From IMG/VR virus record IMGVR_UViG_2684622552_000002: 27,680 nt of DNA, one strand, 5' to 3'. Shown piece after piece: positions 20,213 through 27,680 of the stretch. Each line of letters opens with the position of its first letter. Position 1 is the first letter of the stretch. Source of the DNA: a virus. Taxonomy: Duplodnaviria; Heunggongvirae; Uroviricota; Caudoviricetes. The position numbers and the translations under genes were made by a program. The notes under the pieces are model-generated. The model saw only the letters and a program-made list of their open reading frames with translations. It ran no database searches and was not told where the DNA came from.

Positions 20213-22766
20213 ACCGGTAGGCGATCTGGTCGTTGATTTAAGTCTGGATGCGGCCAGGTTTGACGAGCAGATGGCCAGAGTCAGGCGTCATTTTTCCGGT
20301 ACGGAAAGTGATGCGAAAAAAACAGCGACAATCGTTGAACAGTCGCTGAGCCGACAGGCGCTGGCTGCACAGAAAGCGGGGATTTCCGTCGGGCAGTATA
20401 AAGCCGCCATGCGTATGCTGCCTGCACAGTTCACCGACGTGGCCACGCAGCTTGCAGGCGGGCAAAGTCCGTGGCTGATCCTGCTGCAACAGGGTGGTCA
20501 GGTTAAGGACTCCTTCGGCGGGATGATCCCCATGTTCAGGGGGCTTGCCGGTGCGATCACCCTGCCGATGGTAGGGGCCACCTCGCTGGCGGTGGCGACC
20601 GGTGCGCTGGCGTATGCCTGGTATCAGGGCAACTCAACCCTGTCCGATTTCAACAAAACGCTGGTCCTTTCTGGTCATCAGTCAGGTCTGACGGCAGATC
20701 GTATGCTGGTCCTGTCCAGAGCGGGGCAGGCAGCAGGGCTGACGTTTAACCAGACCAGCGAATCACTCAATGCACTGGTTAAGGCGGGGGTACGCGGTGA
20801 GGCTCAGATTGCATCCATCAGCCAGAGTGTGGCGCGTTTTTCCTCTGCATCGGGCGTGGAGGTGGATAAAGTTGCTGAAGCCTTCGGGAAGCTGACCACT
20901 GACCCGACGTCGGGACTGACGGCGATGGCGCGCCAGTTCCATAACGTGACGGCGGAGCAGATTGCGTATGTTGCTCAGTTGCAGCGTTCCGGCGATGAAG
21001 CCGGGGCACTACAGGCTGCGAACGAGGCCGCCACGAAGGGATTTGATGACCAGACCCGCCGCCTGAAAGAGAATATGGGCACGCTGGAAACCTGGGCAGA
21101 CAGGACAGCACGGGCATTCAAATCCATGTGGGATGCAGTGCTGGATATTGGTCGTCCTGATACCGCTCAGGAGATGCTAATTAAGGCAGAGGCTGCGTTT
21201 AAGAAAGCGGACGACATCTGGAGTCTGCGCAAGGATGATTATTTTGTTAACGATGAAGCACGGGCGCGTTACTGGGATGATCGTGAAAAGGCCCGTCTTG
21301 CGCTTGAAGCCGCCAGAAAGAAGGCTGAACAGCAGACTCAACAGGACAAAAATGCGCAGCAGCAGAGCGATACCGAAGCGTCACGGCTGAAATATACCGA
21401 AGAGGCGCAGAAAGCTTACGAACGGCTGCAGACGCCGCTGGAGAAATATACCGCCCGTCAGGAAGAACTGAACAAGGCACTGAAAGACGGGAAAATCCTG
21501 CAGGCGGATTACAACACGCTGATGGCGGCGGCGAAAAAGGATTATGAAGCGACGCTGAAAAAGCCGAAGCAGTCCGGTGTGAAGGTGTCTGCGGGCGATC
21601 GTCAGGAAGACAGTGCTCATGCTGCCCTGCTGACGCTTCAGGCAGAACTCCGGACGCTGGAGAAGCATGCCGGAGCGAATGAGAAAATCAGCCAGCAGCG
21701 CCGGGATTTGTGGAAGGCGGAGAGTCAGTTCGCGGTACTGGAGGAGGCGGCGCAACGTCGCCAGCTGTCTGCACAGGAGAAATCCCTGCTGGCGCATAAA
21801 GATGAGACGCTGGAGTACAAACGCCAGCTGGCTGCACTGGGCGACAAGGTTACGTATCAGGAGCGCCTGAACGCGCTGGCGCAGCAGGCGGATAAATTCG
21901 CACAGCAGCAACGGGCAAAACGGGCCGCCATTGATGCGAAAAGCCGGGGGCTGACTGACCGGCAGGCAGAACGGGAAGCCACGGAACAGCGCCTGAAGGA
22001 ACAGTATGGCGATAATCCTCTGGCGCTGAATAACGTCATGTCAGAGCAGAAAAAGACCTGGGCGGCTGAAGACCTGCTTCGCGGGAGCTGGATGGCAGGC
22101 CTCAGGTCCGGCTGGAGCGAGTGGAAAGAGAGTGCCACGGACAGTATGTCGCAGGTTAAAAGTGCTGCCACGCAGACCTTTGATGGTATTGCGCAGAATA
22201 TGGCGGCGATGCTGACCGGCAGTGAACAGAACTGGCGCAGCTTCACCCGCTCCGTGCTGTCCATGATGACAGAAATTCTGCTTAAGCAGGCAATGGTGGG
22301 GATTGTCGGGAGTATCGGCAGCGCCATTGGCGGGGCTGTTGGTGGCGGCGCATCCGCGTCAGGCGGTACAGCCATTCAGGCAGCTGCGGCGAAATTCCAT
22401 TTTGCGACCGGGGGATTTACGGGAACCGGCGGCAAATATGAGCCAGCGGGGATTGTTCACCGTGGTGAATTTGTCTTCACGAAGGAGGCAACCAGCCGGA
22501 TTGGTGTCGGCAACCTGTACCGCCTGATGCGGGGCTATGCGGAAGGTGGTTATGTGGGCGGTGCCGGAAGTCCGGCGCAGATGCGGCGGGCTGAAGGCAT
22601 TAATTTTAATCAGAACAATCACGTGGTGATTCAGAACGACGGTACGAATGGTCTGCCAGGTCCACAGATGATGAAGGCTGTGTATGACATGGCCCGCAAG
22701 GGTGCCCGTGATGAAATTCAGGCACAGATGCGCGATGGTGGTCTGTTCTCCGGAGGTGGACGATGA
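20205..22766 (+). CDS. H: Tail tape measure protein gpH, 853 aa
   Basis: 853-aa Ala/Gln-rich coiled-coil protein with Gly-rich C-terminal region; same length as lambda gpH. Confidence 0.95.
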   Translation: MAEPVGDLVVDLSLDAARFDEQMARVRRHFSGTESDAKKTATIVEQSLSRQALAAQKAGISVGQYKAAMRMLPAQFTDVATQLAGGQSPWLILLQQGGQVKDSFGGMIPMFRGLAGAITLPMVGATSLAVATGALAYAWYQGNSTLSDFNKTLVLSGHQSGLTADRMLVLSRAGQAAGLTFNQTSESLNALVKAGVRGEAQIASISQSVARFSSASGVEVDKVAEAFGKLTTDPTSGLTAMARQFHNVTAEQIAYVAQLQRSGDEAGALQAANEAATKGFDDQTRRLKENMGTLETWADRTARAFKSMWDAVLDIGRPDTAQEMLIKAEAAFKKADDIWSLRKDDYFVNDEARARYWDDREKARLALEAARKKAEQQTQQDKNAQQQSDTEASRLKYTEEAQKAYERLQTPLEKYTARQEELNKALKDGKILQADYNTLMAAAKKDYEATLKKPKQSGVKVSAGDRQEDSAHAALLTLQAELRTLEKHAGANEKISQQRRDLWKAESQFAVLEEAAQRRQLSAQEKSLLAHKDETLEYKRQLAALGDKVTYQERLNALAQQADKFAQQQRAKRAAIDAKSRGLTDRQAEREATEQRLKEQYGDNPLALNNVMSEQKKTWAAEDLLRGSWMAGLRSGWSEWKESATDSMSQVKSAATQTFDGIAQNMAAMLTGSEQNWRSFTRSVLSMMTEILLKQAMVGIVGSIGSAIGGAVGGGASASGGTAIQAAAAKFHFATGGFTGTGGKYEPAGIVHRGEFVFTKEATSRIGVGNLYRLMRGYAEGGYVGGAGSPAQMRRAEGINFNQNNHVVIQNDGTNGLPGPQMMKAVYDMARKGARDEIQAQMRDGGLFSGGGR

Positions 22767-23092
22767 AGACCTTCCGCTGGAAAGTGAAACCCGGTATGGA
22801 TGTGGCTTCGGCCCCTTCCGTCAGGAAAGTGCGCTTTGGTGATGGCTATTCCCAGCGAGCGCCTGCCGGGCTGAATGCCGACCTGAAAACGTACAGCGTG
22901 ACGCTTTCTGTTCCCCGTTGGGAGGCCACGGCGCTGGAGTCGTTTCTGGCTGAGCACGGGGGCTGGAAAGCCTTTCTGTGGACGCCGCCTTATGAGTGGC
23001 GGCAGATAAAGGTGATCTGCGCAAAATGGTCGTCGCGGGTCAGTATGCTGCGTGTTGAGTTCAGCGCAGAGTTTGAACAGGTGGTGAACTGA
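22763..23092 (+). CDS. M: Tail tip protein gpM, 109 aa
   Basis: MKTFRWKVKPGMDVASAPSVRKVRFGDGYSQRAPAGLNADLKTYSV.... Confidence 0.9.
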   Translation: MKTFRWKVKPGMDVASAPSVRKVRFGDGYSQRAPAGLNADLKTYSVTLSVPRWEATALESFLAEHGGWKAFLWTPPYEWRQIKVICAKWSSRVSMLRVEFSAEFEQVVN

Positions 23093-23790
23093 TGCAGGAT
23101 ATCCGGCAGGAAACACTGAATGAATGCACCCGTGCGGAGCAGTCGGCCAGCGTGGTGCTCTGGGAAATCGACCTGACAGAGGTCGGTGGAGAACGTTATT
23201 TTTTCTGTAATGAGCAGAACGAAAAAGGTGAGCCGGTCACCTGGCAGGGGCGACAGTATCAGCCGTATCCCATTCAGGGGAGTGGTTTTGAACTGAATGG
23301 CAAAGGCACCAGTACGCGCCCCACACTGACGGTTTCTAACCTGTACGGTATGGTCACCGGGATGGCGGAAGATCTGCAGAGTCTGGTCGGCGGAACGGTG
23401 GTCCGGCGTAAGGTTTACGCCCGTTTTCTGGATGCGGTGAACTTCGTCAACGGAAACAGTGACGCCGATCCGGAGCAGGAGGTGATCAGCCGCTGGCGCA
23501 TTGAGCAGTGCAGCGAACTGAGCGCGGTGAGTGCCTCTTTTGTACTGTCCACGCCGACGGAAACGGACGGCGCTGTTTTTCCGGGACGTATCATGCTGGC
23601 CAACACCTGCACCTGGACCTATCGCGGCGATGAGTGCGGTTATCACGGTCCGGCGGTCGCGGATGAATATGACCAGCCAACGTCCGATATCACGAAGGAT
23701 AAATGCAGCAAATGCCTGAGCGGCTGTAAGTTTCGCAATAACGTCGGCAACTTTGGCGGCTTCCTTTCCATTAACAAACTTTCGCAGTAA
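23092..23790 (+). CDS. L: Tail tip protein gpL, 232 aa
   Basis: Size and order as lambda L; C-terminal Cys cluster (CTWTYRGDECGY...CSKCLSGC). Confidence 0.9.
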   Translation: MQDIRQETLNECTRAEQSASVVLWEIDLTEVGGERYFFCNEQNEKGEPVTWQGRQYQPYPIQGSGFELNGKGTSTRPTLTVSNLYGMVTGMAEDLQSLVGGTVVRRKVYARFLDAVNFVNGNSDADPEQEVISRWRIEQCSELSAVSASFVLSTPTETDGAVFPGRIMLANTCTWTYRGDECGYHGPAVADEYDQPTSDITKDKCSKCLSGCKFRNNVGNFGGFLSINKLSQ

Positions 23791-23795
23791 ATCCC

Positions 23796-24539
23796 ATGAC
23801 ACAGACAGAATCAGCGATTCTGGCGCACGCCCGGCGATGTGCGCCAGCGGAGTCGTGCGGCTTCGTGGTAAGCACGCCGGAGGGGGAAAGATATTTCCCC
23901 TGCGTGAATATCTCCGGTGAGCCGGAGGCGTATTTCCGTATGTCGCCGGAAGACTGGCTGCAGGCAGAAATGCAGGGTGAGATTGTGGCGCTGGTCCACA
24001 GCCACCCCGGTGGTCTGCCCTGGCTGAGTGAGGCCGACCGGCGGCTGCAGGTGCAGAGTGATTTGCCGTGGTGGCTGGTCTGCCGGGGGACGATTCATAA
24101 GTTCCGCTGTGTGCCGCATCTCACCGGGCGGCGCTTTGAGCACGGTGTGACGGACTGTTACACGCTGTTCCGGGATGCTTATCATCTGGCGGGGATTGAG
24201 ATGCCGGACTTTCATCGTGAGGATGACTGGTGGCGTCACGGTCAGAATCTCTATCTGGATAATCTGGAGGCCACAGGGCTGTATCAGGTGCCGTTGTCAT
24301 CAGCACAACCGGGCGATGTGCTGCTGTGCTGTTTTGGTTCATCGGTGCCGAATCATGCCGCCATTTACTGTGGTGATGGCGAGCTGCTGCACCATATTCC
24401 TGAACAACTGAGCAAACGAGAGAGGTATACCGACAAATGGCAGCGACGCACACACTCCCTCTGGCGTCACCGGGCATGGCGCGCATCTGCCTTTACGGGG
24501 ATTTGCAACGATTTGGCCGCCGCATCGACCTTCGTGTGA
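23796..24539 (+). CDS. K: Tail tip assembly protein gpK (MPN/JAMM plus NlpC/P60 domains), 247 aa
   Basis: JAMM-like motif ALVHSHPGGLPWLSEAD in the N-terminal part and an NlpC/P60-like Cys/His region (GVTDCYTLF...HAAIY) C-terminally. Confidence 0.9.
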   Translation: MTQTESAILAHARRCAPAESCGFVVSTPEGERYFPCVNISGEPEAYFRMSPEDWLQAEMQGEIVALVHSHPGGLPWLSEADRRLQVQSDLPWWLVCRGTIHKFRCVPHLTGRRFEHGVTDCYTLFRDAYHLAGIEMPDFHREDDWWRHGQNLYLDNLEATGLYQVPLSSAQPGDVLLCCFGSSVPNHAAIYCGDGELLHHIPEQLSKRERYTDKWQRRTHSLWRHRAWRASAFTGICNDLAAASTFV

Positions 24540-25078
24540 AAACGGGGGCTGAAGCCATCCGCGCACTGGCCATGCAGATCCCGGCGTTTCGTCAGAAGCT
24601 GAGCGACGGCTGGTATCAGGTACGCATTGCCGGGCGTGATACAGGTGAAACGGAATTATCAGCCCGCCTTAATGAACCGCTGGCAAATGGTGCTGTGATC
24701 CATATCGTGCCGCGTCTGGCGGGAGCCAAAAGTGGCGGTGTGTTTCAGGCTGTGCTGGGGGCGGCTGTTATGGCGGTTGCTATATGGATGCCGGGGGTAG
24801 GAATTATGGCGAGTAATCTGCTGTTTTCTCTCGGTGCCAGTATGACGCTTGGCGGTGTTGCACAGATGCTGGCCCCTAAACCCAAAACCCCCCGCACACA
24901 GACAACGGATAACGGCAAACAGAACACCTATTTTTCTTCACTGGATAATATGGTTGCCCAGGGCAATGTCCTGCCCGTTCTGTACGGTGAAATGCGCGTG
25001 GGATCACGTGTGGTTTCTCAGGAGATCAGCACGGCAGACGAAGGGGACGGTGGTCAGGTTGTGGTGATTGGTCGCTGA
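24437..25078 (+). CDS. I: Tail tip assembly protein gpI, 213 aa
   Basis: MAATHTLPLASPGMARICLYGDLQRFGRRIDLRVKTGAEAIRALA...; overlaps the 3' end of K as in lambda. Confidence 0.9.
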   Translation: MAATHTLPLASPGMARICLYGDLQRFGRRIDLRVKTGAEAIRALAMQIPAFRQKLSDGWYQVRIAGRDTGETELSARLNEPLANGAVIHIVPRLAGAKSGGVFQAVLGAAVMAVAIWMPGVGIMASNLLFSLGASMTLGGVAQMLAPKPKTPRTQTTDNGKQNTYFSSLDNMVAQGNVLPVLYGEMRVGSRVVSQEISTADEGDGGQVVVIGR

Positions 25079-25096
25079 TGCAAAATGTTTTATGTG

Positions 25097-25117
25097 AAAC
25101 CGCCTGCGGGCGGTTTT
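25097..25117 (+). other. Conserved stem-loop between I and J (aaaccgcc-tgcg-ggcggtttt)
   Basis: Perfect 8-bp GC-rich stem followed by TTTT, directly before the J RBS (GAGG) and ATG; lambda has the same element, which is read through. Confidence 0.4.
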
Positions 25118-25138
25118 GTCATTTATGGAGCGTGAGGA

Positions 25139-27680
25139 ATGGGTAAAGGCAGCAGTAAGGGGCATACCCCGCGCGAAGCGAAGGACAACCTGAAGTCCAC
25201 GCAGTTGCTGAGTGTGATCGATGCCATCAGCGAAGGGCCGGTTGAAGGTCCGGTGGATGGATTAAAAAGCGTGCTGCTGAACAGTACGCCGGTGCTGGAC
25301 AGTGAGGGGAATACCAATATATCCGGCGTCACGGTGGTGTTCCGGGCCGGTGAGCAGGAGCAGACACCGCCGGAGGGATTTGAATCCTCCGGTTCCGAGA
25401 CGGTGCTCGGTACAGAAGTGAAATATGACACGCCGATCACCCGGACCATCACGTCGGCAAACATTGACCGTCTGCGTTTTACTTTCGGCGTGCAGGCACT
25501 GGTGGAAACCACCTCAAAGGGGGACAGGAATCCATCGGAAGTCCGCCTGCTGGTTCAGATACAACGTAACGGTGGCTGGGTGACGGAAAAAGACATCACC
25601 ATTAAAGGTAAAACCACTTCACAGTATCTGGCCTCGGTGGTGGTGGATAACCTGCCGCCGCGCCCGTTCAGTATCCGGATGCGCAGGATGACGCCGGACA
25701 GCACCACAGACCAGCTGCAGAACAAAACGCTCTGGTCGTCATACACCGAAATTATCGATGTGAAACAGTGCTACCCGAACACGGCACTGGTCGGCGTGCA
25801 GGTGGACTCGGAGCAGTTCGGCAGCCAGCAGGTGAGCCGTAATTATCATCTTCGCGGGCGCATTCTGCAGGTGCCGTCGAACTATAACCCGCAGACGCGG
25901 CAATACAGCGGTATCTGGGACGGGACGTTTAAACCGTCATACAGCAACAACATGGCATGGTGTCTGTGGGATATGCTGACCCATCCGCGCTACGGCATGG
26001 GGAAACGTCTTGGTGTGGCGGATGTGGACAAATGGGCGCTGTATGTCATCGGCCAGAATTGCGATCAGTCGGTGCCGGACGGTTTTGGCGGCACGGAGCC
26101 GCGCATCACCTGTAATGCGTACCTGACCACACAGCGCAAGGCGTGGGATGTGCTCAGTGATTTTTGCTCGGCGATGCGCTGTATGCCGGTATGGAACGGG
26201 CAGACGCTGACGTTCGTGCAGGACCGACCATCGGATAAGGTGTGGACCTATAACCGCAGTAATGTGGTGATGCCGGATGATGGCGCGCCGTTCCGCTACA
26301 GCTTCAGCGCCCTGAAGGACCGCCATAATGCCGTTGAGGTGAACTGGATTGACCCGAACAACGGTTGGGAGACAGCGACAGAGCTTGTGGAGGACACACA
26401 GGCCATTGCCCGTTACGGTCGTAACGTCACGAAGATGGATGCCTTTGGCTGTACCAGCCGGGGGCAGGCGCACCGCGCCGGGCTGTGGCTGATTAAAACG
26501 GAACTGCTGGAAACGCAGACCGTGGACTTCAGCGTGGGTGCTGAAGGGCTTCGCCATGTACCGGGCGATGTCATTGAAATCTGCGATGATGACTATGCCG
26601 GTATCAGCACCGGTGGTCGCGTGCTGGCGGTGAACAGCCAGACCCGGACGCTGACGCTCGACCGTGAAATCACGCTGCCATCCTCCGGCACCACGCTGAT
26701 AAGCCTGGTTGACGGTCAGGGTAATCCGGTCAGCGTGGAGGTTCAGTCCGTCACCGACGGCGTGAAGGTGAAAGTGAGCCGTGTTCCTGACGGCGTTGCA
26801 GAATACAGCGTGTGGGGGCTGAAGCTATCGACGCTGCGCCAGCGCCTGTTCCGCTGCGTGAGTATCCGTGAGAACGACGACGGCACGTATGCCATCACCG
26901 CCGTGCAGCATATACCGGAAAAAGAAGCCATCGTGGATAACGGGGCGCACTTTGACGGCGACCAGAGCGGCACGGTGAATGGTGTCACGCCGCCAGCGGT
27001 GCAGCACCTGACTGCCGAAGTCACCGCAGACAGCGGGGAATATCAGGTGCTGGCGCGCTGGGATACGCCGAAGGTGGTGAAGGGCGTGAGCTTCCTGCTT
27101 CGTCTGACCGTGACAGCGGAAGACGGCAGTGAGCGGCTGGTCAGCACAGCCCGGACGACGGAAACCACATACCGCTTCACGCAACTGGCGCTGGGAAACT
27201 ACAGGCTGACAGTCCGGGCGGCAAATGCCTGGGAGCAGCAGGGCGATCCGGCATCGGTATCGTTCCGGATTGCCGCACCGGCAGCACCGTCGCGGATTGA
27301 GCTGACGCCGGGTTATTTTCAGATCACCGCCACGCCGCATCTTGCGGTTTATGATCCGACGGTACAGTTTGAGTTCTGGTTTTCGGAAAAGCGGATTACC
27401 GATATCAGGCAGGTTGAAACCAGCGCGCGTTATCTTGGTACGGCGCAGTGCTGGATAGCTGCCAGTATCAATATCAGGCCGGGCCATGATTATTATTTTT
27501 ATGTTCGCAGTGTGAACACCGTCGGCAAATCGGTATTTGTGGAAGCTGTTGGCCAGCCGAGTAATGATGCGTCCGGCTATCTGGATTTTTTCAAAGGAGA
27601 GATAGGGAAAACACATCTGGCCCAGGAGCTGTGGACACAAATTGATAACGGTCAGCTTGCCCCGGATCTGGCTGAAATCA
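25139..27680 (+). CDS. J: Central tail fibre / host-specificity protein gpJ, N-terminal about 847 aa (continues beyond window)
   Basis: [54 protein letters not shown]...; single open frame to the window end. Minus-strand ORFs in this interval are antisense artefacts. Confidence 0.95.
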   Translation, partial: MGKGSSKGHTPREAKDNLKSTQLLSVIDAISEGPVEGPVDGLKSVLLNSTPVLDSEGNTNISGVTVVFRAGEQEQTPPEGFESSGSETVLGTEVKYDTPITRTITSANIDRLRFTFGVQALVETTSKGDRNPSEVRLLVQIQRNGGWVTEKDITIKGKTTSQYLASVVVDNLPPRPFSIRMRRMTPDSTTDQLQNKTLWSSYTEIIDVKQCYPNTALVGVQVDSEQFGSQQVSRNYHLRGRILQVPSNYNPQTRQYSGIWDGTFKPSYSNNMAWCLWDMLTHPRYGMGKRLGVADVDKWALYVIGQNCDQSVPDGFGGTEPRITCNAYLTTQRKAWDVLSDFCSAMRCMPVWNGQTLTFVQDRPSDKVWTYNRSNVVMPDDGAPFRYSFSALKDRHNAVEVNWIDPNNGWETATELVEDTQAIARYGRNVTKMDAFGCTSRGQAHRAGLWLIKTELLETQTVDFSVGAEGLRHVPGDVIEICDDDYAGISTGGRVLAVNSQTRTLTLDREITLPSSGTTLISLVDGQGNPVSVEVQSVTDGVKVKVSRVPDGVAEYSVWGLKLSTLRQRLFRCVSIRENDDGTYAITAVQHIPEKEAIVDNGAHFDGDQSGTVNGVTPPAVQHLTAEVTADSGEYQVLARWDTPKVVKGVSFLLRLTVTAEDGSERLVSTARTTETTYRFTQLALGNYRLTVRAANAWEQQGDPASVSFRIAAPAAPSRIELTPGYFQITATPHLAVYDPTVQFEFWFSEKRITDIRQVETSARYLGTAQCWIAASINIRPGHDYYFYVRSVNTVGKSVFVEAVGQPSNDASGYLDFFKGEIGKTHLAQELWTQIDNGQLAPDLAEI

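Noticed and set aside
21381-23802. Minus-strand ORFs 21381..21911, 21857..22375, 22718..23116 and 22990..23802 (up to 270 aa) antisense to H, M and L
   Set aside because: Antisense artefacts of the tape measure and tail tip genes; low-complexity, Arg/Pro/Ser-rich translations typical of reverse-frame reading.
25937-27640. Minus-strand ORFs 25937..26557 (206 aa) and 26825..27640 (271 aa) inside J
   Set aside because: Antisense to gpJ, which is continuous and lambda-like on the plus strand.

Overview
This window is a lambdoid prophage segment, most likely from Escherichia coli, and the one stretch not explained by known phage biology is a roughly 2 kb AT-rich insertion carrying two tandem lipoproteins whose C-terminal domains resemble TolA domain III. 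All protein and sequence identifications were made by reading the sequence and recalling reference sequences from memory; no database search was run. Left part (1-5200): a Qin-prophage-like accessory and late-regulatory region with a transposase C-terminal fragment, flxA with a sigma28-type promoter, relB, relE interrupted by an amber codon, hokD, a rem-like ORF, ydfU (DUF968), rusA, the Q antiterminator, a late promoter and terminator, and two tRNAs (CAU and UCU anticodons). Middle (5200-7320): the insertion, sitting between the tRNAs and the lysis genes where Stx phages carry stx, with an orphan ORF, the two lipoprotein genes, a plausible own promoter and a terminator. Right part (7416 to end): a phage 21-type lysis cassette (dual-start pinholin, SAR endolysin, Rz with embedded Rz1), bor and a ylcI-like gene on the minus strand, a lambda-type cos site, and a complete lambda-type head and tail module Nu1-A-W-B-C/Nu3-D-E-FI-FII-Z-U-V-G/GT-H-M-L-K-I-J, with J truncated at the window end. 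Most minus-strand ORFs in the track inside the structural genes are antisense artefacts.
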